Positions 1-8,873 of a stretch of DNA of 64,000 nucleotides are shown here, in pieces; within the stretch, counting starts at the first letter, position 1, and each line of letters opens with the position of its first letter. This DNA is from a virus. The notes under the pieces were generated by a model. That model was not told the DNA's origin. It saw only the letters and a program-made list of their open reading frames with translations, and ran no database searches. Where the stretch lies: IMG/VR virus record IMGVR_UViG_3300042399_002267. One strand, written 5' to 3'. The position numbers were made by a program, and so were the translations under genes.

Positions 1-1923
1 ACTCTCACTGCTGACCAAAATGTACTAGTAATATCAAATACAAGTGCAATTTTATCCACACAAGACAGAGCTACATATTTTAATAATAAAAATATTTTAG
101 TTTCAAAAACAACAGCTGGAAAACCAGACACAAAAATATATAAATTTTCTGGAACTGGGTATTCTTCTGTCACATTGGCATATCATTCAGCATTTAATGA
201 TCCATTGTCACCTATCAAAGCAAGTGCTGGAATCACAACCTATTTCTTATATTATGATCCAGATAGCACAAGTAGAACATCGTCAGAAAGAAGTTGGATT
301 GATGTTCAGTCTGTAACAAAATACACTGCTGCTGTATCCACCGATATTAATATTTCGGACTTAACAAATCTCGGAACAAACAAAATCAATTCTCAGACTG
401 TTACAACTGGTAATATTATATTGGTCAAAGATCAAACAAATAAAAATCAAAATGGTATTTATTCTGTTGCCACAAATAATATATATCAATTAATAAGAAC
501 TGAAGATTTCAATAGCAATTCACATTTAAGAGCATTAGGTAGAGTTTCTTATGGAAATCAATACTATGAACTTGTATTACCTAATTCTTCATATACAATT
601 GGTTCAACTCCAATAGTCTGGAATTTAGTTGGTACAGCATTTACGTTCGATGCTGCTGTTGCAACTTTAATCAACTACAGTGCAGGAACAGCTCTAACAA
701 ATTTCCCAGACACTGTCGATTCATATACTTTGGTAAATGACGACAAAGTATTGTTATTAGGTCAATCAAATAACGCTGAAAAATATTTGGGAAGATTTCA
801 ACAAAATGTCAAACCAATTCTTTCTAGAGTTTCTTCTGGAGGGGCGGGTAACACTGATAGATTCTCAATTACGAATTGTTATGTGTTTGATACAAATAAA
901 GCATTAGAATATGAACTTTATTTTGATCCAGCCAATACAAGCTTAGGTACAGATGATATAAGTTGGATCAGAAGAAATTATATATCAAATTATTCCTCAT
1001 GTTCAACTGCAAGCACAACCAACTACAATGTATCAGGAGTTCCAGATTGGTCTACCGTTACTGTTGGAAGTAGAGTTATGCTCAAAGACCAGACAGATAA
1101 AAAACAAAATGGTATTTATGTCATAAATAACAACAAATCATTCTTCTTGATAAGAAATGAAGATCTTGATGAATCAAGTGAATTTGATGTTGATAAAAAG
1201 GTTAGAATTTTAGCCGGTAATGCAAACACTGGATATTATGGATTAATGTATGACGAAAGTGTTTCACCTACAATTGATTCGACAAGTATGTATTGGACCA
1301 GAGTAAATGAATTGCAATATTTAAATGATTGTAATTGTGCAACTACATCTTCGGAAATAGATATTGTTTTGAATAATCCACCAACCACTGTAGATGGATT
1401 TACTTTAGAAAAAAATCATAGAGTTCTTGTTAAGAATCAAGACTCAAATAAAGAACAAAACGGCATTTACATTGTCACTGATGCTAAAAATAAAATTTGG
1501 CAAAGAAGTGGCGATTTAGATTCAAGCGCTAAACTTGTACCACAGTTAACAACAAATATTATTACTGGCACATCTAATGCTGGAAAGATTTATAGAATTT
1601 CTTTACCTGTGCCTGCAACTATAACAAATTCTCAATCAACAGCTTATGATTTAGAAACTACAGAAATATCATGGGTTGAAGTTAGCGCAAATGGAATATT
1701 TAATTCTTCCCCTGATTCTTGGCAAAAAATAGGTGTTGGAACATCTTCGTATTTCAACTTAGGATCTTATGATATGAGCTCAGATTCTGTTGCTCAAAGT
1801 AAAAGATTTGGAATTGCTATAAAAGTACCTACAGCAGATAAATTAGCTACCAATTTGATAACTGAAAATGGCAAAGTCAGGAATATTAGATTTAAAGTAG
1901 AATATAAAACTAAAGAAGATTAA
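1..1923 (+). CDS. Tail-fibre/baseplate-associated virion protein, 5'-truncated
   Basis: Frame 1 is open from base 1 (TLTADQNVLV...), so the gene starts before the window and not at the TTG at 175. It has three clear copies and one degenerate copy of a (R/K)VLVK(N/D)Q...QNGIY module typical of large-phage tail proteins. Composition is S/T/N-rich. Confidence 0.65.
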   Translation, partial: TLTADQNVLVISNTSAILSTQDRATYFNNKNILVSKTTAGKPDTKIYKFSGTGYSSVTLAYHSAFNDPLSPIKASAGITTYFLYYDPDSTSRTSSERSWIDVQSVTKYTAAVSTDINISDLTNLGTNKINSQTVTTGNIILVKDQTNKNQNGIYSVATNNIYQLIRTEDFNSNSHLRALGRVSYGNQYYELVLPNSSYTIGSTPIVWNLVGTAFTFDAAVATLINYSAGTALTNFPDTVDSYTLVNDDKVLLLGQSNNAEKYLGRFQQNVKPILSRVSSGGAGNTDRFSITNCYVFDTNKALEYELYFDPANTSLGTDDISWIRRNYISNYSSCSTASTTNYNVSGVPDWSTVTVGSRVMLKDQTDKKQNGIYVINNNKSFFLIRNEDLDESSEFDVDKKVRILAGNANTGYYGLMYDESVSPTIDSTSMYWTRVNELQYLNDCNCATTSSEIDIVLNNPPTTVDGFTLEKNHRVLVKNQDSNKEQNGIYIVTDAKNKIWQRSGDLDSSAKLVPQLTTNIITGTSNAGKIYRISLPVPATITNSQSTAYDLETTEISWVEVSANGIFNSSPDSWQKIGVGTSSYFNLGSYDMSSDSVAQSKRFGIAIKVPTADKLATNLITENGKVRNIRFKVEYKTKED

Positions 1924-1931
1924 AAATAAAA

Positions 1932-1956
1932 AGGGTATCTTATCACTAGATATAAA
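1932..1956 (+). promoter_or_regulatory. Variant of candidate late promoter (AGG-N17-ATAAA)
   Basis: It occupies the same position and spacing as the AGG-N17-YAGAA motif but the downstream element is degenerate. It overlaps a TATAAATA. Confidence 0.3.
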
Positions 1957-1990
1957 TAATATTTATAACACTTGCTAAGAGAGAGAACAC

Positions 1991-2458
1991 ATGACCATCG
2001 AAGCGCAAATGCATGAATTGCTAGAAGATATTGCACCTAATGCACATAATGAAGAAGAGCAGGCAAAAATCATTGCACAAGCCTCTGCTATTTTTAATAA
2101 AACATTTTCAAATAGAAGATTTGCGAAAAAAGCTGATCAAAGAATAATTGAATCGCACATGACTGATGCTATTCTTCAGGCAATGGGTTCACTCAACAAT
2201 TGGGTAGAAGAATTTGAAAATGACTATGTTGAAAGTCAAGGATTGTCTGCAAGACAAGTGTTAAGTAAAATTGCTCTCTCTTCAAAACCAAAATGGGGAA
2301 CTATGGATGTTTTAAATCCAGATGTTTTAAGTTTTCTTGATGTAGACGAAGATGAGTCAGAACAAACTTTAGAAAATGCACAGCAAACATCAGAAGCTCT
2401 AGTTACACCTGGTCGTGGAAGACACAGATCAGATTTCATTTCAGACTCAATTAGATAA
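1991..2458 (+). CDS. Hypothetical protein, possibly head-associated
   Basis: 155-aa acidic, helical ORF with a purine-rich upstream region. Its stop overlaps the next start (TAATG). It contains RRFAK and SKIAL, resembling the K/R-x-A motif. Confidence 0.6.
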   Translation: MTIEAQMHELLEDIAPNAHNEEEQAKIIAQASAIFNKTFSNRRFAKKADQRIIESHMTDAILQAMGSLNNWVEEFENDYVESQGLSARQVLSKIALSSKPKWGTMDVLNPDVLSFLDVDEDESEQTLENAQQTSEALVTPGRGRHRSDFISDSIR

Positions 2459-3141
2459 TGAAAAATCCTATCATCAGAATAGCTCAAGAAGCTCCAGGCG
2501 CACCAGCTCCTGATCTTGGAGCAGCACCGCCTCCAGCACCTGATATGGGTGGTGGGATGGACATGGGCGCAATGATGGGTGGGATGGGTGCTCCACCTGC
2601 TGCACCTATGGCTGCTCCTATTTCTCAAACTAATGAGCCTATATTAGCACCTTTAGAAAATTTAGGCGCAATTCTCAAAGATATAAATATTACAAAACTT
2701 TTGTCAGAAAAACTTTCTAATACTGGTCATAAAGATACAACTGGCGAAGAAGAAATTGCAAATTTTATATGGAGATCATATGGTGGAGACTATAAAACCG
2801 GATTGATTTCGGGTAGAGTTGGTCAAAGAGCTAAAGGTAAATTAATTTCAGAGCCTGAGGAATTAATCGAAGTTAATGATTACCCTGAATTAGATTTGGA
2901 AGCAGTTGAAAACAGATGGATTAGATTACCAGAAGGTAAGACTATGAGAGATTTGGGCATCACAGCAGAAAATGTTGAAGAAATGGTAAAATCAATGTCT
3001 CTTTCAACAAGTCTTCAAAGTGCTGCAGCTGCTAAAGCTGGTGGTGGTGCAATAGCAAGCATATCAATTGACAAGATGATAAAAATTGCACATAATCTTG
3101 ACATGATGGGTTATTATGACCTAGCGGATAAAATTATATAG
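2458..3141 (+). CDS. Hypothetical protein with Pro/Ala/Gly/Met-rich N-terminus, putative internal head protein
   Basis: Contains IIRIAQ, an APGAPAP...MGGGMDMGAMMGGMG low-complexity tract and a C-terminal KMIKIAHNLDMMGYYDLAD. Confidence 0.6.
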   Translation: MKNPIIRIAQEAPGAPAPDLGAAPPPAPDMGGGMDMGAMMGGMGAPPAAPMAAPISQTNEPILAPLENLGAILKDINITKLLSEKLSNTGHKDTTGEEEIANFIWRSYGGDYKTGLISGRVGQRAKGKLISEPEELIEVNDYPELDLEAVENRWIRLPEGKTMRDLGITAENVEEMVKSMSLSTSLQSAAAAKAGGGAIASISIDKMIKIAHNLDMMGYYDLADKII

Positions 3142-3147
3142 ATTTAA

Positions 3148-3176
3148 TTGGCTTTTAGCCTTAAATGAGGTACAAT
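3148..3176 (+). promoter_or_regulatory. Sigma70-type promoter of gyrB-gyrA
   Basis: TTGGCT (3148-3153), 17-nt spacer, TACAAT (3171-3176), then AAGGA RBS before the ATG at 3221. Confidence 0.6.
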
Positions 3177-3205
3177 GCTGTGGAAAACAAATCACAGCAT
3201 TTTTT
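3174..3205 (+). terminator. Inverted repeat / intrinsic terminator overlapping the gyrB -10
   Basis: AATGCTGTG-10 nt-CACAGCATT is a perfect 9-bp stem running into a T tract. Confidence 0.6.
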
Positions 3206-3220
3206 GCTTTAAGGATCGAA

Positions 3221-5344
3221 ATGGCAAATCAGTACAACGAAGACTCAATCCAAATTTTGGAGAGTCAAGAAGCGGTAAGAACAAGACCCGCTATGTATAT
3301 CGGAGACACTGGGAAAAAGGGTCTTCATCATCTTGTTTGGGAAATCTTGGACAACTCTGTTGATGAACACATGGCTGGTCATTGTTCTAAAATTGATGTC
3401 ATTGTGTCCAAAGATAATCGTACTGTTACTGTTATTGACAATGGTAGAGGCATTCCGGTTGCAGTTAAGCAAGAAGATCCTAAGAAGCGTTCCACTCTTG
3501 AAATCGTCCTAACTGAATTGCATGCTGGTGGCAAGTTCGGTGATGATGGATCAGGATATGAAGCATCTGGTGGTCTTCACGGAGTTGGAGCCTCTTGTGT
3601 AAACTTTCTATCATTAAGGCTTGATGTAGAAGTTTATCGTGATAAGAAAAAATATCTCTTAAGCTTTGACCGTGGCATTCCTGTAACCGAAGTAGCTGAA
3701 ATTGGAACTTCTTCTTCTACAGGTACGAAAATTTCTTTTACTCCTGATTATAATATTTTTGGTCAGTTTGCTGTTGAAGATGCCTTTCGTGAAGTTTTAG
3801 TTGACGATTTTGATATTGATGAAAAGTTTGCTGAATGCTCTGGTAAATGGCGTAAAGCATTGATCAATGGTCCAGTTGACAAAGATGTTTTTGTTCAATG
3901 TTTTGGACCAATGAATTATGAAGAAAATGTTTACGATCTTGCATTTAATTCTTGGTTCAACCACTCTTACAAGAATATTCAATTCGATGAAACAGTTTTA
4001 ATTCGCCGATTACGAGAAACTGCTTATCTAAATGGTGGTTTAAGAATTGTTTACAAAAATGAGCACACTGGAGCCAAGGATGAATTTTTCTTTGAAGGCG
4101 GTATTGCTGATTATGTGAGCTTTTTGGCATTGAACAGAACTGGAGTATTTCCTAGCAAACCATTCTTCTGTGATAACAAATCTGGAAAAATAAATGTTCA
4201 GATTGCATTCCAATATGGTGAAGAAGATGATGAATCTATTTACACATATGCTAATAATATTTACACTGCTGATGGTGGTACTCACCTCAGTGGATTCAAA
4301 ACATCTATCACAAGAGTTGTAAACCAATTTGCTCGATCATCCGGTGTTTTAAAAGAAAAAGATGTAAATCTAACCGGAGAAGATATTCGTGAAGGTATTG
4401 TTGCTATTGTCTCTGTTCGTCTTCCTCAGCCTCAATTTGAAGGTCAGACAAAAGGCAAACTTGGTTCTCAAGAAGTTGAAAGTGTTGTCAACAGATTATT
4501 TTCTGAAGCAGTAACTGAATACTTTGAGAAGAATCCAGTCATCGTAAAGAATATTGCAGAAAGAGCATTAAGAGCTGCAAAAGCTCGTGCTGCTGCAAAA
4601 CGTGCATCTGAATCCATCAAACGTCAAGGATTTCTTGGGCGTTCAGGTTCATTGCCAGGAAAACTTTCAGATTGCAACTCTGAAGATGCAAAATCTACTG
4701 AACTTTATATTGTTGAAGGTGATTCTGCAGCTGGTTCATGTAAAGGTGGGCGCGATCCTGAATTTCAAGCTGTAATGCCAATTCGTGGAAAGATCATCAA
4801 TCCTGAAAAAAATGATTATGCGAAACTTATGCAAAATGAAGAAGTGGCAGCAATCATCTCAGCACTAGGCACTGGTATTCGTGATGACTTTAAAATTGAA
4901 GATTTGCGCTATGGCAAGATTATCATCATGACTGATGCTGATGATGATGGTGCTCACATCGCTGCTCTTCTGATGACTTTCTTCTATAGATTTATGAAGC
5001 CCTTAATTCTTAGTGGAAACTTATATCTAGCCAAACCACCACTATACAGAGTAAAAGTCAAAAATGAAACTAACTACATCCACACCAATGAAGAACTTGA
5101 TGGATATCGTAAGAAATATGGTGATAAAATAGAAGTTACGAGATTTAAAGGTCTTGGTGAAATGGATGCTGATGAACTTGGTAGAACGACAATGGAAATT
5201 GGAAATCGTTATATCATAAGAGTAAATGTTGAAAACGTGGAAGAGTCGTCACATTTAGTTTCCGTGTTAATGGGAAGTGAAGTAGCTCCACGCAAAGAGC
5301 ATATTATTATGAAGTCAGAGTTGAGAACTGCGGAGAATTTATAA
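3221..5344 (+). CDS. gyrB: DNA gyrase subunit B
   Basis: GHKL motifs EILDNSVDE, DNGRGIP, HAGGKF and GGLHGVG. TOPRIM motifs IVEGDSAAGS, PIRGKIIN and IMTDADDDGAHI, plus RFKGLGEM. Carries a ~70-aa insertion at aa ~181-250. Confidence 0.97.
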   Translation: MANQYNEDSIQILESQEAVRTRPAMYIGDTGKKGLHHLVWEILDNSVDEHMAGHCSKIDVIVSKDNRTVTVIDNGRGIPVAVKQEDPKKRSTLEIVLTELHAGGKFGDDGSGYEASGGLHGVGASCVNFLSLRLDVEVYRDKKKYLLSFDRGIPVTEVAEIGTSSSTGTKISFTPDYNIFGQFAVEDAFREVLVDDFDIDEKFAECSGKWRKALINGPVDKDVFVQCFGPMNYEENVYDLAFNSWFNHSYKNIQFDETVLIRRLRETAYLNGGLRIVYKNEHTGAKDEFFFEGGIADYVSFLALNRTGVFPSKPFFCDNKSGKINVQIAFQYGEEDDESIYTYANNIYTADGGTHLSGFKTSITRVVNQFARSSGVLKEKDVNLTGEDIREGIVAIVSVRLPQPQFEGQTKGKLGSQEVESVVNRLFSEAVTEYFEKNPVIVKNIAERALRAAKARAAAKRASESIKRQGFLGRSGSLPGKLSDCNSEDAKSTELYIVEGDSAAGSCKGGRDPEFQAVMPIRGKIINPEKNDYAKLMQNEEVAAIISALGTGIRDDFKIEDLRYGKIIIMTDADDDGAHIAALLMTFFYRFMKPLILSGNLYLAKPPLYRVKVKNETNYIHTNEELDGYRKKYGDKIEVTRFKGLGEMDADELGRTTMEIGNRYIIRVNVENVEESSHLVSVLMGSEVAPRKEHIIMKSELRTAENL

Positions 5345-7845
5345 TGGCTAGAAAACCAAAGACAGAAGAAGTAGAAGTGAAAAATATTCAAGATTTAATC
5401 ATTGATAAAGATTTCAATGAATTAATTGATGAGCGATTTACAAATTATGCATTCGCTGTCATGGAAGATCGTGCATTGCCAGATGCTAGAGATGGTTTAA
5501 AGCCATCTCAACGTAGGACTCTGGTTGCTATGAATGATTTATCTTTACGCAGTACTGGTAAGACTAAAAAGTGTGCAAAAATTTGTGGTGACGTTTCTGG
5601 AAACTATCACCCACACGGAGAGGCGGTAGTTTATCCTACTCTTGTTCGTATGGCTCAAGTTTGGTCATTAAGATATCCACTTATAACTCCACAAGGAAAC
5701 TTTGGGTCTCCTGCACCTGAAGATAAGCCAGCAGCAATGCGATACACCGAAGCAAAGTTTTCAATCTTTGGTGATCAAATGGTTAATGAACTTTCTGAAT
5801 CGGTAGTTAATTATCAACCTAACTACAATGATGAAATGACAGAGCCAACTGTCCTTCCTTCATTAGTTCCAAATCTGATTATTAATGGATGTAGCGGAAT
5901 TGCTGTTGGCTGGGCTACTTCAATGGCTCCTCACAATTATCGTGAAGTAGCCAAATTAATTGATGCATGGATTCAAAACAATGACATAACAGTGGAAGAA
6001 ATTATGTCTATTGTTCCAGGACCTGACTTCCCTGTTCCATGTAAAATTCTTGGAAACACGGGTGTAATTAATTACTTTACAAATGGACGTGGAACAGTTC
6101 AAATTGAAGGATATTACTCTATTGAACAAGAGAAAAATTCTCAATTTGTTAAAGTAACTGCTCTTCCATATGGTGGTTCTGCAGAAAGTTTCTGTCGTGA
6201 GATTAAAGATTTAGTTGAATCTAAAAAGATTGAAGGAATCACAAATCTAAAGAATCTTTCAAATAAAAAGGGTATGGATGTACGTGTTTGGGTAAGTAGA
6301 AATTCAAATATCAATGTTGTCTTGAATCTTTTACTCAAGCACACTTCTTTGCGAACAAATTTCTCTGTTAACACAACAGTATTGATGGATGGCAAGCGTG
6401 TTGTAGAAAATGTACCTTTAATCAGATTGGTTGAAGTTTTTGTAAATCATCGAAAGGAAGTACTAACACGAAAATTCAATGCAGAACTTGATAAAAATAA
6501 TCGTAGACTTCACATCCTTGATGGGCTTATTGGCATTACCGATAAAATTGATTCGGTTATCAAACTTATTCGCGCAGCTGATAATAGGGATGTGGCACAA
6601 CAAGAACTCATCGCAAAAGGATTTGTAACATCTTCTGACCAAGCAGATGCAGTGCTGAAAATTACACTGGGAAATCTTACAAAGCTTGACACAAGATCCA
6701 TGGCTGATGAGCACGAGAGATTGACAAAAAGAAATTTATGGCTTTCTGATCAACTTTCTTCTGAAAAGAAAATGCTCAAACTGATTTCAAAAGAACAATT
6801 AGACCTCGCTGAAAAGATTGGCGATGATCGACGTTGTGAAATTATTCCAAGCGTTGATGATATGAACTATGAAGATTTAATTGAAGAAGAGCAAATAGTA
6901 GTATCATTGACTAAAGATGGATATATCAAACGAGTACCTCTTGATACATTTAAGTCTCAAGGACGTGGTGGTAAGGGTGTAATAGCTGTCAAGGGTCGAG
7001 AAGAAGACGAAGCATCTGATATTTTTGTCGGTTCTTCTCATGATTTCTTCTTATTCTTTACAAACAAAGGTAACTTATTGAAAAAGAAGGGTTATGAAAT
7101 TCCTCTTGCATCTAGAACAACAAAGGGAATTCACACAGCAAATCTTTTAGCTCTTGCACCTGAAGAAAAAGTAGCATCAACACTCACTTTGAAATCTCTT
7201 GACACTGATGGATATTTCATGATGGCTACTAAGAATGGATTAATTAAGCGTAGTGAAATTAGAGAATATAATACAAGTTTACGCAAAAGAGGTCTGAAAG
7301 CCCTTACTCTTAATGAAGGTGATGAACTTGTTCATGTTGAGTCCACCGATGGTAGTAAAGACATTATGTTAATCACCAAAAATGGATTTGCTGTGAGATA
7401 TTCTGAAGATGCCGTGAGATCAATCGGACGCAGTGGTCAAGGTGTTCGATCTATGAATTTGCAGAATCTTGATACTATCGTCTCTATGTTAGTATTAGAT
7501 CCAAAAGAAGAATCTGATGTCTTCATTATTACTGAATTTGGGTTCGGAAAGAAAACAAATTCCAATGAATACCGTTCATTGAATGGACGTTACGCCAAAG
7601 GTACCAGAACAATCAACACAGAAAGAAAATCTAGAAACGGACAAATTGTTTGCGCTGCTGTTGTAAGTGAAGGAAAGGAATTCCTTGTTCTTACTCAGAA
7701 AGGGAAAATGGTTAGAATGTCTGTTGAAGATTTTCGATCAAAAGGTAGAGCTACCCCTGGGAATAAAATTATTGGTTTAGATTCTGGTGACAAAGTGCAG
7801 TCCCTTGTGGTGGTAGACCAAACAATTGAAAAAGGATTACTCTAA
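5344..7845 (+). CDS. gyrA: DNA gyrase subunit A
   Basis: RALPDARDGLKP, YHPHG, catalytic AAMRYTE, GyrA-box QGRGGKG (6958-6978) and a repeated beta-pinwheel CTD. The TAATG junction overlaps the gyrB stop. Confidence 0.97.
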   Translation: MARKPKTEEVEVKNIQDLIIDKDFNELIDERFTNYAFAVMEDRALPDARDGLKPSQRRTLVAMNDLSLRSTGKTKKCAKICGDVSGNYHPHGEAVVYPTLVRMAQVWSLRYPLITPQGNFGSPAPEDKPAAMRYTEAKFSIFGDQMVNELSESVVNYQPNYNDEMTEPTVLPSLVPNLIINGCSGIAVGWATSMAPHNYREVAKLIDAWIQNNDITVEEIMSIVPGPDFPVPCKILGNTGVINYFTNGRGTVQIEGYYSIEQEKNSQFVKVTALPYGGSAESFCREIKDLVESKKIEGITNLKNLSNKKGMDVRVWVSRNSNINVVLNLLLKHTSLRTNFSVNTTVLMDGKRVVENVPLIRLVEVFVNHRKEVLTRKFNAELDKNNRRLHILDGLIGITDKIDSVIKLIRAADNRDVAQQELIAKGFVTSSDQADAVLKITLGNLTKLDTRSMADEHERLTKRNLWLSDQLSSEKKMLKLISKEQLDLAEKIGDDRRCEIIPSVDDMNYEDLIEEEQIVVSLTKDGYIKRVPLDTFKSQGRGGKGVIAVKGREEDEASDIFVGSSHDFFLFFTNKGNLLKKKGYEIPLASRTTKGIHTANLLALAPEEKVASTLTLKSLDTDGYFMMATKNGLIKRSEIREYNTSLRKRGLKALTLNEGDELVHVESTDGSKDIMLITKNGFAVRYSEDAVRSIGRSGQGVRSMNLQNLDTIVSMLVLDPKEESDVFIITEFGFGKKTNSNEYRSLNGRYAKGTRTINTERKSRNGQIVCAAVVSEGKEFLVLTQKGKMVRMSVEDFRSKGRATPGNKIIGLDSGDKVQSLVVVDQTIEKGLL

Positions 7846-7909
7846 TATTTTTAAGAAAAAAAAATCAAAGAAAAATAATTAATAATTTTTTTGAAAAGGG
7901 ATAAATATT

Positions 7910-8530
7910 ATGCCACAGAACTTTTTATATAGATACGCAAGAAACAAGTTCTTGACTTCCCAGCTTGACTGGAGCACACATACATTCAAGGTTATGCCTC
8001 TTGCTATGACTGGTGCATCTGGTATGGGTGGAAGTGCTACTGGTGCAGGTTATGGTACTGTCACCTCTACTTATAGTTTAGGAAACTCACTCGCAAGTGG
8101 TTCCGGTAATGGTGTTGGTGCAGGTATTGAAATAACATCACTTGCAGCTGTTCCAAGATTGCACAGAACTTACTATAGAGCTGCATTTGGTGGCACTATG
8201 ACTGAAGCTAACTTCAATGCTGCTACTGGTACATTTGGTGCTGTAGGTATTGCTCACTCACAAGGTGGAACAGCTAACACATATTCACTTACTGGTATTT
8301 CTGTAACTTATGGTGACGGTGTTGCAGCAGCTTCTGATCTTACCTTCAACCAAGTTGGTTCTGGAACTACAATTGGTTCATTCATTCTTTACAGAAGTAT
8401 TTCTGATGTAGATCTTGAGAATACACTTGTTGCATTCTTTGATATCGCAACTTCCATGCCTGTAAATACCAACGGTGGTGATATCACAATCGTTTGGGAT
8501 ACTACTGCTAACAGAATCTTTAAGTTATAA
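7910..8530 (+). CDS. Small virion structural protein of a widespread phage family, with Gly/Ala/Thr-rich insert
   Basis: N-terminal LYRYARNKFL...DW...TFKV and C-terminal LVAFFD.ATSMPVNTNGGDITIVWDTTANRIFKL match a family I recall preceding repeat-rich fibre genes. Confidence 0.65.
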   Translation: MPQNFLYRYARNKFLTSQLDWSTHTFKVMPLAMTGASGMGGSATGAGYGTVTSTYSLGNSLASGSGNGVGAGIEITSLAAVPRLHRTYYRAAFGGTMTEANFNAATGTFGAVGIAHSQGGTANTYSLTGISVTYGDGVAAASDLTFNQVGSGTTIGSFILYRSISDVDLENTLVAFFDIATSMPVNTNGGDITIVWDTTANRIFKL

Positions 8531-8540
8531 GGAGAATAAT

Positions 8541-8783
8541 ATGGAAGATTTGATCAAAATGTCTTATGACGAACTTGAAGTGCTTAGAAATGAATATGAA
8601 GTTTCTTACGTTACATTCCAAGACAAGCATCGTGAAGTTGTCTATGCTATAAGAGAAAAGCAAAGAATCGAAGATTTACATGCTAAACTTTCTGGTGTTT
8701 CTTTAGAAGATCTTGAAAAAATCAAGAACCAGATTTTATCTGCAGCTGCAGTTGTATCTGAAGAAGTAGTAAGATTAGACTAG
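8541..8783 (+). CDS. Small coiled-coil hypothetical protein (start re-assigned to 8541)
   Basis: AAGGAG RBS precedes the ATG at 8541. The track start at 8475 overlaps the upstream gene. Confidence 0.7.
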   Translation: MEDLIKMSYDELEVLRNEYEVSYVTFQDKHREVVYAIREKQRIEDLHAKLSGVSLEDLEKIKNQILSAAAVVSEEVVRLD

Positions 8784-8800
8784 TCATCTGATAGTCTTTC

Positions 8801-8840
8801 AAAGCCTAATAATATTTATTTATTATTAGGCTTTTTTCTT
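8801..8840 (+). terminator. Intrinsic terminator
   Basis: AAAGCCTAATAATA-tttatt-TATTATTAGGCTTT is a perfect 14-bp stem followed by TTTCTT. Confidence 0.85.
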
Positions 8841-8852
8841 ATTAATGCAGAA
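8828..8852 (+). promoter_or_regulatory. Candidate late promoter AGG-N17-CAGAA
   Basis: AGG 8828-8830, 17 nt, CAGAA 8848-8852, 21 nt before the ATG of the 1802-aa gene. Confidence 0.55.
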
Positions 8853-8873
8853 AGAATATAAAGAGATACGACT

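Noticed and set aside
1951-1958. T4-type late promoter TATAAATA
   Set aside because: I did not see it ahead of the other structural operons in this very AT-rich DNA. The AGG-N17-YAGAA motif explains them better.
2236-2628. 130-aa minus-strand ORF
   Set aside because: It is an antisense shadow of two well-supported plus-strand genes, arising from the GC-rich Pro/Ala tract.
3761-3970. Intein in GyrB
   Set aside because: It has no N-terminal Cys/Ser block-A pattern and no His-Asn followed by Cys/Ser/Thr at the junction. It is short and has no endonuclease motif, so it is treated as an ordinary insertion.
7846-7909. Poly-A/T tract after gyrA as a regulatory or slippage element
   Set aside because: It is intergenic, forms no stable stem and does not match the promoter motif cleanly. 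It may be a homopolymer artefact.
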